The notes: a model not told the origin generated them from the sequence alone. A stretch of DNA of 64,000 nucleotides from Octopus vulgaris (GCA_951406725.2 OX597816.1:34658001-34722000); one strand, 5' to 3'; numbered from the stretch's first letter, positions 40,600 through 55,520 are shown. Made by a program: numbers and translations.

Positions 40600-43210
40600 A
40601 CCGTAAGTTGCGGTTACAAGTTTATTTAATTGTTGAATTTGGCGTTGTTTATTTGTTGTGTTTTTTTAAACACCTTGTTATCTGCGTTTGGCAGTTTGCT
40701 GAACTTTTTTTCCCTCCTGTGTGAAGGGGGAAATTCTCATTGTTTTCGTTGGATGTTTTCACCCAAGCATTTTTCTGAATGACGAGTAGTTCCTCTGGCG
40801 AGGCGACTACCGTACAGGATATGTCTTCGGAGGAGGAGATGTTAAAGGAAATTGAATCTAAATGTGACAAAGCAGTAAATTTTGCAGCAGCAGCTGGTTT
40901 AAGCAGAAGAGAACTAAATATTAACGAAAACGAGCTAAGCAAATTTAAAGAACTAATGCAAAGTAACCCCTCTCAATGAAGTAACGCACAATGTGTCCAT
41001 ATGTACTATCATATATAAAACTCTTATCATCAAAAAACAAATTCGATATAGCTTCAAAAGAAACAGTGGAGATTTCCCTCAGGCCAGTTTGGCAAGAAAT
41101 CATTTATCTGGCCAGAAATCAGGTAATATGCAACGATAGAAGTAAAGTCTAAAACGGAGGAAAAGTCCAAGCAACATTCTACGGGCCCGCTGAAATCGAC
41201 AGAGGTGGTCCTCCTACCCATATACCCCGGAAGACGCACTAATATGTTAAGGGGTAGGAGAAATCCCCCTTCAGATGGACGTTGCCTTGTTGGTGGCGGC
41301 AATTGTGATGGGATTGGAGGATAAAAGTTCCATCCTCCAAGACACCCAAATAGAACAACGTAACCGGTACAGCAAAGAACTCGAGATGGTAATTCAAGCG
41401 CCCCCTCAAGACCTTGAACTGATTGCAGACTATATACAGGTGGGTAAGTAGATTAGGCTTCGGGTAATGGTCAAGGGGAGGAAGTTCAAATGCTTCAAAT
41501 GTGGTCAGAAGGGCCACATTAGAGCAGACTGCAAGCCTCTCCACGAGAAACAGTCGACTCCCGCACCTGGAAATGAAACGGAAACCCCTTCGACAACCGC
41601 GACAGATCCTACCTCAGAAGCGGAATTAGTAGCACCAGAGGTGGGATTGAGGAAGTAAGAACATCCAATGGACAACGAATGAACTACACCCCCACCAAAA
41701 AAGAAAAATCCCCAGTCCACCCCCACTAACCAAGTACAAGTTAAAAAAACCCTTGACATGCACACAAGACACACGCATCCCCCTCCTTCCCCACCATTCC
41801 AGATATCAATATTATGGCGATGAGGGCCAGCAATAAAAACCTCACATACAAATTGCAAAGGATTCCCACAGTGCAGAACCCGCATAATATTAAATTTTTT
41901 TACATTGATACCATAAACTATAGCATTTTAAAAAATGAATTCCCTAAAGATATAGGCCTTCTCAGGAAAGATGTTTCCCCACAAATTTTTGAGGGCCTTA
42001 ACAAGGAGAACCCACAAGTCCAGGATTGAAGACGAAGATGGGACTACTGTTCCATCGACTTAAAAGCTAAGTTTTGTTTACGTCTATACTACACGTAGAT
42101 TGTATAAATGTACTTGCCTGGGGGGCAGCTTCGAAGCAATGACGCCTCCATAATGACTTCAGGTCACTTAGACTAGACGTAATAGGTACCACAGAAACCA
42201 AATTGAGTGGGCTGCGAGGCTTTTCCCCACTCCTAAACGGCTACGAGAAAATTATTTCCCCATGCCAGCCTGGAGGTTAGGAGGGGTCACTGTTCTGCTC
42301 AGGAAGGATTTGAAACTTCAGTTAAGAACAATCTTTCTCGAACCAGAGGGCAGTCTAGTCGTCATCAATGTGACGCACAGCAGTGGTAAAACCTTCAGGT
42401 GGTGGCTGTCCATGTTGCTTGTAGAACTGGACAGTCGGACTGTTTTCTAAGGCCTAGAGAATTTTCTAGGAACGTCGCACATTTTAGTGTAGGAATTCTA
42501 GCAAATTTCTAGGGACGTCAGACATTTTAGTATTGTTAAGAGATTTTAACACAATTAGTGGTGCACGCGTAGATTGTGTTGGCTTGAATCCTGAAAGTAG
42601 GAGTAACACATGCCTCAACTAATAGCTCAGTCATTTTCAGCTGGCAGACCGGTATAGACTAGAATTCCCAGACTCTCCATTGTGGTAAACGAACCCGAGG
42701 AGATGTGCAAGGTTTTTCACGAGCATTTCGCCATGTTTTCCAGAGGGGCGATGGACCGGATCGTAGGAAGAACTTCACGGACTTCCTCACCAGGTTGCTG
42801 TATCTCTAAGGGCGCGAGCCGGAGTGCTGTGAGGGACCGACCACAACTGCGGAAGTGGAGGAGGCGTTATCGGACTGCGGTAATGACAAGTCGCCAGGAT
42901 TGGATGGTCTTCCCTACGAGCTTTCTTTGGGCACCTACTAGCATGCTTCTACACCAACCGGCAACAGAATGGGTCTACACTTAGATCTGTGAGCAAGAGG
43001 TCTGCTGATTAGAAAGGACACAGACAATGGGGATATAATAGATACATTTCGGCCAATTATTCTGCTTAACACAGAGCTGAAGATTTTTGCCAAGATATTA
43101 GCAAACATTTTGGAGCTGTCGTGGTCGGAATTGTCGGGGAGGCACAAACGTGTGCCATTCGGGAAGATCCTTACACGAGAATCTCGACCTTATACGCTAT
43201 ATCTTATGGA
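40600..43210 (+). mobile_element. Decayed L1/Tx1-type non-LTR retrotransposon (ORF1 plus internally deleted ORF2)
   Basis: ORF1 CCHC knuckle CFKCGQKGHIRADC (41491-41532). APE remnants DVIGTTETKL, GVTVLLRK, GSLVVI and LLRDFNTI. RT-proximal motifs KSPGLDGLPYE, FRPIILLNTELKIFAKILAN and QTCAI. Many stops and frameshifts; the 5' boundary is approximate. Confidence 0.88.
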
Positions 43211-45295
43211 CTTGCTTAGTCAGTCAGAATGCTTATGTCCAATGCGACGATACAATGCCAAAAACAGCGTGGATATCGTCCGTATAATGGACGACCAAGG
43301 GTTACAAAGCACGTCAAGATCGCCACTTGCACCGACAGCACTTGCAGAACCGTTTCCAGAGAGCAACGAAATCAGCTAGGCAGACAATAGAGAATTACTA
43401 CAGATTATTATGATTGATGCACCGAATACAATTGGTATTAGTATGAATAAGATTTAACACGTTCTACGCGATTCGCTAGCAAATAACAATTACAGATCAT
43501 GTACATTATAAAATATTACTAAGCTTTGAACTCATTCATGAAATATTTATACACACCACGTTTTTACTGTTCAAAGATTTTTCGTTGAGTTCTCACGAAG
43601 ATGATTTTTTTCTGAATATGTTGCAGTGTTGCTCGTATAATTGATTATATTAAGATTATATGCATGTGTATCTCATTTCTTGTCTTGGAATAATATGAGT
43701 ATTGTGTGTACTGGATGAGAAAGTGAAATGTGAATCGATAGAATTTATACTGAATATAGAGGTTTCATTGTGGCGCTTCACCGAGAGAGCTACCTATATC
43801 AGCCTCTTTTATCTTTATACATTTATCAATATTCATGGAACTAATGCCTGATAGCAGAAATATCCGATTCCTGTTTTGATTAGGATCGAAATAAAAGCGG
43901 GCATTTTTTTTAAGACAATATTTGATAGTTTTCTTAGCACTTGATATCTTCGTGTTTTAGGTTATTGATCTCCCAGTCGCTTATAATGCGATGTCTGAGA
44001 AATTACTATTTCGTTTTATTATCCTTATTATTATTGCTGTTTGTGTTGATTTTGTTGTTGATATATGTTTTGTTTTAACCAAGAACATTCAATCGATTTT
44101 TTTACACCATAACTATGTTGTGCCGTACTATATATACATGACATATCCGATATATCCTTATTTCCGATACTGATTACTCCCCTCAGCGTAAACATTAGGT
44201 TTATATTTCATTTCATCATCCAAAGTTATACAGAAATGCTCCAGGGAATTTTCACTTCATCAGGAAAATTTAGTTTGAAAACAACTCTTTTCTTCATAAA
44301 AAAAAATACTAAAAGAAAATATAAAATTAAATGATAAACAGATTTCATGGTGAAGGACTGAAATAGCTTCTAAAAGTTTGTATGAGATACACCAGCGTAT
44401 ACTTTAATGACCCACACGACATAAGTTAGACACGAAGCACTCGATGTTGATGGAAACATACTAAGAATATATTGTATCTATCTACCTATTTATCTATCAA
44501 TCTGTCTATCTATCTATCTGACTGCCTACCAGACTCTCAATCTGTCTGTCTATCTATCTGCATATATATATATATATACAAACACACAAACGTACACAAA
44601 TACACATGCACATAAATATATACTCTCTAAATCCGCAGAGAGTGTATTTTCTTCGAACTATAAATATATGAATAAATGCTTTTGTACCTATTTCGAACGA
44701 GGATATTCCAATTTAGTGAAAGAAAGAATGTAGTTTGATATCGAAGATTCTATTAAGATATAGTTCGTACCAAAAGAAATTGCTGAAGAGGGGAAAAAAT
44801 ACATATTTAATTATAGTTTCTTCTTTTTTTCAATCTAATTGGCTTTTCAGATGTACTTCAGAGTTATTTTCAAAATGTGAACATACAAAATAATTATAGG
44901 AATTATGTAGTATATTCGGAATCAATACCCACATTAAATCATGAACCAAGCACACAAACGTACGTGTATTTTCATGCACATATACGCATTTATTATAGTA
45001 ATGGATATCATGACTGTTTCAACGAAGAGCATTTCAACTGATCTCTCAGATGAACTAGCAACTCATTGAAATATAAGTGGTTGAATAGTTTACGAAGCTA
45101 TTTCTATACGCTTAATGTAGCACCCGGGAACCTACATTTCTTAACAGTGCGGAAAAGAGATGTTTGAATTACACAAGCTGACACTTCCATATACGCTCCG
45201 CATTTGTGCATATATACTTCCAAACGTACATACGAAACTATATCATTATATACATATATACATATGAATACATACATACACCCCCACCCCCCACA

Positions 45296-45355
<60 letters not shown>

Positions 45356-45406
45356 TATATTTATATATGTATATATATATATATATGTATATGAATATAT
45401 ATATAA

Positions 45407-45455
<49 letters not shown>

Positions 45456-45458
<3 letters not shown>

Positions 45459-45641
45459 CATTACGTTGTATAATTAGGGTTCAGCAAAAAGATTTACTTT
45501 ACCACGCACCAAACTTTTAGAAATAGAGGGAGACTCTTCTTATAGTAGAGGAAATAGCTAAATTCTTTGGCTGCTATTTCTAAAAGTTTGGTGTGTGGTA
45601 AAGTAAATCTTTTTGCTGAACCCTAAATATACAACGTAACG

Positions 45642-45644
<3 letters not shown>
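45456..45644. repeat. Foldback element, 71-bp inverted arms, inside (TA)n
   Basis: 45456-45526 versus 45574-45644 with three visible mismatches and (TA)n directly on both sides. Confidence 0.93.
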
Positions 45645-46145
<501 letters not shown>

Positions 46146-46854
46146 AAAAATTATATATATATATGTATGTATATAATGTAACTATTTGGCAAAGCAATTC
46201 GTGAAGAAGATCTTTTTTGAATTACCTTATCATGGCAAGCAAGAAAAATAATGATAATCCTACAAAAGTATGCAAGGTAATCGGAAACATATTTAAGGAG
46301 GGCCTGCTTCATTATATCATTTTATCCTACAGAGACTGGCTTCCAGCTAAATATGCAAGATACAAAGTAATACAAAGCTCATTTATGATGTTTGATTAAA
46401 CGTACATAGAGAATAGATTGAATTATAAACAGTACCAAATTATTTTTTTAATATTCTGACTTTATTTTCCTAATTTATGAATATTGTACTAATATTTTGT
46501 TTGTTCATGGAAAAGACGGAATTACACAGAATATGGTACATTTTCATAACAAGTTGAATACTTCCCCTATTTTTCTTATATTTCCCATCCTATTTCCTAA
46601 AATTGACATATTGAAAGGTCGCCAGCCCTTGTGAGAAAATGTGTTTGTTTACAAATATTCGATAGATATACAATTGGAAGAAGAATACAAGATAGAGAAA
46701 AAGAAAAGTGCTTTGTAATAAAATGTCAATGAATTGTCGACAGCAAATTGAAAAGAAACCTAAGTCTCTCTCACTCTATCTATTTCTCCCTATCCTTTAT
46801 TATTTTTTCCCACTTTCCTTCTTTCCCACGTAAATTCTTTCCCCCGTAAATCTT

Positions 46855-46902
<48 letters not shown>

Positions 46903-47018
46903 CTTCACTCTTGTTGATTTTCTTTCTATCTTTCCTGCTTTTTCCCTTCAAAAACCAAAGCATATTTCTCCCCTCCTAAAAAAGCAAAAAAGCATCCGCT
47001 ACATCTAAATAAGCAACT

Positions 47019-47057
<39 letters not shown>

Positions 47058-47058
<1 letters not shown>

Positions 47059-47240
47059 GAGGCGCAATAGCCCATTTGTTAGGGCAGTGGGCTCGTGGTC
47101 GTAGGATCATGGTTTCGATTCCCAACTTTCTCTCACTCTTTCTTGTGTTGGCCTGCTCGCTAAGTCAATTGAAGGCTAAGTCAATTCAAAGCGCATTGTG
47201 ACCAGTGATATGTAGCAACATCTGATAGCATGGTCGGTCC

Positions 47241-47245
<5 letters not shown>
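47058..47245 (+). mobile_element. Internally deleted tRNA-derived SINE
   Basis: Homologous to 16941-17240 in both head and tail. Confidence 0.85.
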
Positions 47246-47292
<47 letters not shown>

Positions 47293-47544
47293 ATATATGT
47301 TGTGAATTTATGGAAAGAAATCACATTTCACCCTCATTTTGATTTTAATTCTAAATTAGTATGTTCTCATACCGGCATAAACTACTGCAGTGAATTATTT
47401 ATGCAGTATTTATTTCCGGTAATTTGGCGCGCTAGAACGAGTGCATTTGAATATAACTGTGAATATAATAGGCCGAACTACTTGTATTTTTGACCTCGTG
47501 TTAATATCTGCCGTGCAGTTCGACAAATTGTATTTTATGACGAA

Positions 47545-47619
47545 CCTCACTGATGATCTGCAGATTAATTGTGTCAGTAAAATTGCATAATTTATTAACA
47601 GTGAAACAATTGTATGGGG
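47545..47619 (+). ncRNA. Type I hammerhead with long stem II
   Basis: CCTCA-CTGATGA-TCTG..(imperfect long hairpin)..CAGT-GAAAC-AATT-GTA-TGGGG. Intact core, palindromic loop 3 (AATT) and 5-bp stem I. Confidence 0.72.
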
Positions 47620-47841
47620 TTAATCTATATTTTTGTTATTTTTCATTTGTCCTGCTCGCTGACGTTCATAGTGTGCTAAATCTTTTCTTGGGGACAATCC
47701 TTAGTGGTTGAGATGCATGTGGATCTCTCTTTAGCGTAAGGGCGACCACATAGTGGATAATCTTTCATATTTGTATATATATGTATATCCACCATTTCGC
47801 TGTTGAGCACTCATTTTCATCCTTGAACATTTGCGTATATA

Positions 47842-47898
<57 letters not shown>

Positions 47899-49149
47899 AT
47901 ATATACACACACACACATATATATATATGTGTGTGTGTGTGTGTGTATGTGTGTGTGTATGGTGTATGTGTGTGTGTGTGTATGTATTATTACTGATACA
48001 ATCCATTCTTCTGGTAGAAATTGTTCACTTTGTAATTTATCCGACAGGCGCTCTGCTTACTTGCAGGTTTCGTTCTGTTTATATTTATGTATTCCCTATA
48101 TGAATGCCACTCATCTCTAAGGCACTGAAAATCTTTCTACTTCGCTTTAGATTCTCTTTCTTTAGTGGATATGAATTAGTTATGTTTTGGTTCTCTTACA
48201 GGCAAATACAAATTAGGTTGTTTATATATAACAGGTAACACCGAGACTTTTCTAACCGTAAAACACAACTGTATAGAGTTTACAATCATTAGTAGATTTT
48301 TGTGTTACGTTTTTTTTGTTGTTTACGAAGAAGTATTCGCCACTTAACGACAAAAAGATTGTAGGATGAAACATCAAATATAAACGAGAAGGTATGAACC
48401 CGTGGCAATCATAATAGCATAGTTTTCTAATTATCGTATTCTTTACAGCCTGATAATAGTAATTCAACATTCAACACTGGATAACAAATAATGGCCTATC
48501 ACGTCACCAAAATTCATTGATTACCCCACTGATCATTATCAAAAATATATTTTAAATTTCCTGCTTTAACGTGTTTATAATCATGCTTAATTCTCAAAGG
48601 CATTTTGCTCATTATAATAGGGTTTGAATGCAATATTAACGAAATCATTACTAGCATATTGCCAAAGTAAGAACGCCTAACTTTATTTTGAATCGAAGAA
48701 GTAATATAGCTTCTGAAATTTTGCTTGAAACCATTACCAACTGTTTCAATTTTATACAAAAGAGGGAACGATAATTCGACGTTTTTTTCCGGATTTACTA
48801 AGATGATAGCCAAACCATTTCTTCCTTATAATAACTAGCGTTTTTTGAGGAAAGGTCTTTTGAATTTAAGGTTTCGGCTTCAGAAAAATCAGGATAGGAT
48901 GTGCTAGAAATAATTGCTATCTATTATAAGTTCGACTTGATGATAAAGAGCAAAAACCAAACTATTTGTAGCAATGAAGCTACGGGGTGCATTCAAAGCA
49001 AAAATAAGAAACAAACAAAATATCAAATATAGGGGATTGACACCTTTTTTTTCAAAGATCTGAGATATCGTCCTCATAGAAACTTAGTGTTAAACACAAT
49101 ATTGGAGTAAAACAGGATCACTCAACTTCAGAAGGCTACACTGAAGTAT

Positions 49150-49800
49150 TATCTCCCATTTATTTCATTTGCAACAGATCTATATAACTCATGCTGTGCT
49201 GCCTTCCTTTCTGCCTCTCTAACTATAAATATCCACTTGAAAATACATGACTCATACTACTACTCAATCTCCACCTTTTCTTTATCTTCACTGTGTCAAC
49301 TTTCGATGACCAAAAGCAAGAGCCATAAGGTCCAACGAACTGAATCGGTTCTTGTTAGTAAAATTTACTTTGGTTGCTTCAGCACAAATATTTAACCATA
49401 ATTTTGTGCAGTCTAACTTAGCCATATTTTTTTTTTTTAAATGAGTTCTCCTCTTGGCTGTCCCATACTTATATCCAGTTTCTTTCAGCTTCCTTTGAAC
49501 CGTTCGAATATTTACATCTATTTCACATTTCTACTTCACCTTCCATGCCATTAACTTTACTCCCGCTGCCACTACACAGGACACAATCATCTTCATTTGC
49601 CATGAAAGTTATCTTCCCAAGTGACGTTTTCCTTCTTCTTGTCTTTTTGTTCATGTTAAAATCATGCTTTAGCATATATTCCCCTGTAGATTTCGAAATC
49701 CCCAAACAGCTATTTTTCTCAGGTTTAGGCTGTCTTCTCTGTATCTTCGAAATAAAGAACTCATTTCTTTTGAATGCATTTTCGTTCAAAAACAATTGTT
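49150..49800 (-). mobile_element. Decayed Tc1/Tc3-like transposase fragment
   Basis: Minus-strand LGISKST..., EIDVNIRTVQRKLKETGYKYGTAKRR, KVNFTNKNRFS (cf. KVIFSDESRF) and GRQHSMSYIDLLQ. No clear TIRs found. Confidence 0.7.
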
Positions 49801-51773
49801 TTTCTCAAGTAAAGAAAGATTTCCTGAAGGATAATATTTATTTGACTGCTGCATGCTACCTTCGAACTAGGAAATTTACATAAAAATATGTTGAAGGGAT
49901 TGTCCAAGTTGATGCTAAAGTAATCACTTTATTTTCTATGCAATTTATATCAAAATATAAAAAAACATGTACAGGAAAAGACTGAAAATAACATCTTACT
50001 TGCAGTCAGTTAAAAAGTCCTACGTTGGCGGTTAGCTTTTCTAAGTATCTCAATGAAATATACTTTCTAGACGTACAATTTCTCAGATATCTGAAAACAA
50101 TTTTCCCCTGTAGCATACTAGGCTGCCAAACATTTCATCATTGACTCCTCTAAACAATAGTCAACAAAAAGTATTGTCGTATCTTTCTGCCATTTCTACA
50201 GATATTATATTGACTTCTGTTACACTGAATTATTGAGTCCTGAGTATCATCACATAATGACCGTCGTGTTTTTGTATCTCTCATAAACAAAATTATATCT
50301 ACCTGTTCTCCTGACACTGATTCGCCGAGTTCTTTTTGCCAATGTATCGACCCTGTCAAAATTGTTTCTGCACTAGTTCCGTACAAATATCGCCCTACAT
50401 AATTTTAGGAACAATATTAACCACCCAGAATTTGATAACACCCCAACTCATGCAAAACCTATAACAGCACCTGTATATATACATTGCCCTATATAAACGA
50501 GGTGTAGTTTATTGGTCGTAGGTATACTGTCCCAGTTTTTAACGAAACTTGATCAATCGCAAACTAAATATACATGTGTAGCACTATCATTTGATCTATA
50601 TAGCCAAGTTATTTATAATTAAATGATTTATACACATTTCTCTGCAAGGAATTGCCGGACACTGATCTACAAATATATATATCGTAATATATGTACACTG
50701 ATACATTCTCAAGGCCTAATGATTGTGTTTTGCATATTTAAATCGGACTACAATTATTAGAAATATATGACTGAATCAAAAATCATTTCTAAGTACAACA
50801 TTAAAAAGCAATATATATAAGAGAGAGATATATGGGTGTAAGATAGACGTCAAGTTGTTGAATTATTGTTGTTATTTTGTATAAAATCAGGACACCGCAA
50901 GGTAGCTAATGCAAAAAAAAAAAAACGAATCATATCAAAACGCAACTTAAGGCAGATGTGTTTATGTATTTTTTGCGTACTTATATATACATTGTGTATG
51001 TATATTTTTTACATTAGTATATACATATCTAAGTAGACGTTTGGGTAAATTTTAGTCTATCTTAGACTATATTTTTCTGCATTTTATTTTGATCAAGCAC
51101 ATAGACTATTCTGATCCCACTGACTTTTCCCAGATAATAATACTGATTACGTGTGCATCTTTGGTAAATTTGATCACTTTCAAGTTATTTAAATTTGTAG
51201 ATAGTCCTGTCGATCGTACATCTATAAAAAGCATAGAGAAAATATATTCATAATATATTTTAAGCCTATATGCATATTCCCTGTAGATGCACTTTTTTCA
51301 ATTAATATGAACTAAGAGTATTTGTCTTGTACTAAGATAACTGTAAATTACTTTGGTGTAGTTAATCTTATATATATATATATGCAATATAATATAAAAT
51401 TTCTTCTCTCCTGAAAACTAAATCATACAAGGACAATATATCATGAAATTCCAATCATTGACACTTGGAACAGGACATTGCTAGACTTAAACTTCAGTGC
51501 CTCGAGAAATACGTGTATTGCCTGGCATACGGTATTTGTATCTAAACTATAAATTCTGACAATTTCTAATATATTTCAATGGAAAAGCAGCTGTTTTATA
51601 TAATGAACGCTTTCACATGACATATTTCTACCCTCAGGACAAGGAATTATACTTATCAAGAAAAGAACATTTTGCCGCACAAGACATACATATGTACAAA
51701 ATTTAGATCGCACCTTGAGCAAAAGACATTTAATTGCAATCAGGTTCGATAACAAACGGAGCGCACGTAGTGT

Positions 51774-51859
51774 TGCAGTACGACCGTTTCAAGCGACTCC
51801 ATTTAATTGAGCAATGCAATCATTACATCAATTTAAATGCAGTGCCGTCATCAGCTGCA
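51774..51859 (-). ncRNA. Type I hammerhead, long stem II (left arm)
   Basis: TGCAG-CTGATGA-CGGC..long hairpin..GCTT-GAAAC-GGTC-GTA-CTGCA. Confidence 0.78.
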
Positions 51860-52061
51860 CAAATGAAGAAGTAGAATTTTAATCAGTTGGACGCATTAAT
51901 ATATTTCTCAAATACTTTAACAGAGGAAGAAGATGGGAGAAATTGTAGCCAAAATTAGACTATTCTTAGCTACAATAGCGACACCATGAATTTCTTCTAT
52001 CTAGCTCCGTTAAAGTATTAGAGAATGATGTGTCCAACTCATTATTCTATTTATTTATTGG

Positions 52062-52147
52062 TGCAGCTGATGAAGGCACTGCATTTAAACTGATGTAATG
52101 ATTGCATTGTTCAAGTAAATGTAATCGCTTGAAAAGGTCGTACTGCA
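52062..52147 (+). ncRNA. Type I hammerhead, long stem II (right arm)
   Basis: TGCAG-CTGATGA-AGGC..GCTT-GAAAA-GGTC-GTA-CTGCA; the stem III C is mutated to A. Confidence 0.7.
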
Positions 52148-52334
52148 TCACTACTTGACATCCTGTTGCTTATTTTCATATTATTTACATTATTTCGAGC
52201 TGTGGGGACAATACCGGACTGACTTGGTGCTTCAACTTAAGTGCCTAATTCGAATGAATCTCAATTATTTCTTATATATATATATATAGGCATGTGTACA
52301 CATGTGCGTATAGACTGGGTCACCTACGTGTTCA

Positions 52335-52351
52335 GTAGTAGTAGTAGTAGT

Positions 52352-52431
<80 letters not shown>

Positions 52432-52438
52432 TAGTAGT

Positions 52439-52488
<50 letters not shown>

Positions 52489-52522
52489 CAGCAGCAGCAG
52501 TAGTAGTAGTAGTAGTAGTAGT

Positions 52523-52554
<32 letters not shown>

Positions 52555-52588
52555 TAGCAGTAGTAGCAGTAGCAGCATCAGTAGTAGC

Positions 52589-52646
<58 letters not shown>

Positions 52647-52670
52647 ACATGAGCAACAGCAGCAGCAGTA
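52335..52670. repeat. Compound (AGT)n/(AGC)n microsatellite with higher-order periodicity
   Basis: Alternating blocks of about 6-11 AGT and 4-6 AGC units. Confidence 0.97.
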
Positions 52671-53054
52671 GACGACATATTTATGCCATAGGTCTATAGT
52701 AATCTTTTTGCATATATCAGTTGTCAACTTTCTTGAAAATAGACCAAGGGTATTTTTAACAGTACTTTCAAAGTTTCTCTAGTATTGGATGATTGGATTG
52801 AAAATTTGCTGACGTATTCTTGTTCTTCTTTCCGTGTATTTTGGTTTGAATTAGATTAGTTGCTAAAGTATCATTCACCTTTACATGTATAACTTACAAC
52901 CGTTAATTCAGCCGTTAATTACTTTAATTAATAACAATGCTAGCATACTTTAGTTAGAGCCCCCATTATCGTGCCCCAATAAAGTGTAGCTGATATTTTC
53001 GCCTTGCAGTTTTCATTTGATTATATATATATATATATATAAATATAAATATAA

Positions 53055-53155
<101 letters not shown>

Positions 53156-54008
53156 ATATATACACCAACACACAAATGTAGTTAACCTCAGATTTTCATT
53201 ATTCATTCAGCGAAATATGGTTTCTGAACGAGAATTTGAACCCTGTAGATTAAGCCGGGTTGTTTGTAATTATACTTAGTGTGCTCCTTGTCTTACTATG
53301 ACTCCATTAGGAATATACCTATCATATTAATTCAGACAGTGACACCTTGGTCAGAGAAATTGTTGTTGATTCCGTCTAAAAACACATTATGTATGTTAAA
53401 TGCGATAACTAAAAACAAGCAAAATGATTTGATTAAGATACTTTCTTGTTAATAGGAGCAGGAATATTAAGTGGGTACTGCATCTAATACCTATTTCATA
53501 TTTGTATCTGTTGGGTGTCGTTATATACCAAAGAAAACGCTAGCAATATAGAGAATGTTGTCATTTGAATATAGGCTTCAAATATCTATTTGACCATATT
53601 ACCGGTAGTTATAGATTATTTGAGAGAAGCTTTTCTTTAGGCTACACTGAAAAATCTCTGAAGTAGTAGTCGGATTGTTTATTATGTGAAATCGTTATAT
53701 TTTTCGCTTGTGACAATTGTAGAAAAATTATAGAAAGCAAAAAAGAAAAAAGAAATTTAAAATAAGAAAAGGAAAATAAGTTAGCTGAAAAGTTCCAACG
53801 CTCGACGCTCGTATATAATAGTTAAAGTCGTTTGAAAATAGCCCGTGGATACAAGGTTGTTCTTTTCGTTGAAGTTACCCTATGATGAAAGGACAACGCA
53901 AATTAACTCCCTTCACGCAAAACGTATAAACGGCACAAAAGGCCTTATACAGTTTTAGGAGTTGGAGTATATGGCAAGGTCTCGCTTTTAATATTATTTG
54001 TGGTAAGT

Positions 54009-54218
54009 AAAGCGGTGAGCTGGCAGAATTGCTAGCACGATAGACGAAGTGCTTAGCGGTATTTCGTCCGTCGCACCGATCTTAGTTCAAATTCCGCCCA
54101 GCTCGATTTTGCATTTCATCCTTTCGGAATCGATAAAATAAGTACCAGTTCAACAGTGGGGTTGATGTAATCAACCCATGCCTTCCCTTAAAATGACTGC
54201 CCTTGTGCCAAAGTTTGA
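54009..54218 (+). mobile_element. SINE family A (alternative tail)
   Basis: GCGGTGAGCTGGCAGAA head, AGTTCAAATTCCGCC and core TTTCATCCTTTCGGAATCGATAAAATAAGTACCAG. Confidence 0.88.
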
Positions 54219-54436
54219 CGTATATTATTAAAACAGATATGATATATAATATATCATAAACTGATTTAGACATTCATATTATATAGTTCAAAGTATATTC
54301 ATAACATATCACATAATGCAATCAGAGATTCGACTCAAAATATTTTGGCAACCAGTAAAGAACGGAGTTGTTCGTGTACGTGCATTTATACATCCTGTAA
54401 ATCATCGCAATATCTATCTATCTTTCTTTGTAAGTA

Positions 54437-54540
<104 letters not shown>

Positions 54541-55176
54541 CTCATTTTCAGCGAGGGCTGACAATATTCAAACATATTAAAGAGGTATGTGTATCTAAAT
54601 TTCCAACATCGCATATTCTATGTAGCAGTATCGCACATTTTATGAAGCTGCAATTTGAAGTATTAAATATTAGCAATTATTTACACGAAAACATTTCTAC
54701 GTATAATATTCCATTACGCATTCTTCAAAATTATATAAGTCTAATCTCTTCGGTAATGCATTACCCCACCACCTGAGAGATTTGCAAGAAGCTGATTGAT
54801 AGAATTTTCGAAAGACGTACTTACAGAATTTGGATGTTTGGCATAGAGCGAAACATTCATCAGAATATCGTGTAACACTGGGAATGTACTTACTCTGTGT
54901 GTGAGTATATATATATAGCTTAAAATACATAAGACATTTTATCATTAGTTACGAAATATAAGTGACAGCTATCTACGGTCCTTTGGAATTAGATAGGAAA
55001 TTCTGATAGCATATAGAAATCAGCAAATAAAGCGTGTTTTGACACGTGATGAGGTTTGGGACTTGCAGTAAAGCATTAAATAAGATATTGAAAATATAGC
55101 TAATCGATTCATAAATTAAAAACAGGGATAATGGTATCAACGGTATGCCTAGCTTAATTCACTAAGATATTTATTT

Positions 55177-55296
55177 TCTTCTTCTTATTCTTCGTCTTCT
55201 TCTTCTTCTTCTTCTTCTTCTTCTTCTTCTTCTTCTTCTTCTTCTTCTTCTTCTTCTTCTTCTTCTTCTTCTTCTTCTTCTTCTTCTTCTTCTTCA

Positions 55297-55368
<72 letters not shown>

Positions 55369-55407
55369 CATCATCATCATTATTATTATTTATTATTATT
55401 ATTACTA

Positions 55408-55438
<31 letters not shown>

Positions 55439-55488
55439 ACTGCTGCTGGTGGTGCTAATGGTGGAGCTGCTACTACTACTACTACTAT

Positions 55489-55520
<32 letters not shown>

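Larger units (their letters stand above)
51767..52154. repeat. ~390-bp imperfect palindrome with a hammerhead in each arm
   Basis: The arms pair from the ends to a centre near 51960 (ATTGTAGC..GCTACAAT). Confidence 0.9.

Noticed and set aside
43853-43906. AATGC-CTGATAG..GATTCCT/AGGATC-GAAA..GCATT
   Set aside because: The core and NUH triplet are both defective.
48514-50386. 99-aa and 78-aa minus-strand ORFs flanking the Tc1 fragment
   Set aside because: No recognisable motifs; lengths are compatible with chance.
52241-52699. 152-aa poly-Ser ORF and overlapping poly-Thr and poly-Leu ORFs
   Set aside because: Triplet microsatellite with no flanking coding signal.
54818-54867. Minus-strand TATT-CTGATGA-ATGTTT..AAACAT-CCAAAT-TCT-GTA-AGTA
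   Set aside because: The stems pair but the GAAA core is lost; probably a decayed HHR, so not counted.
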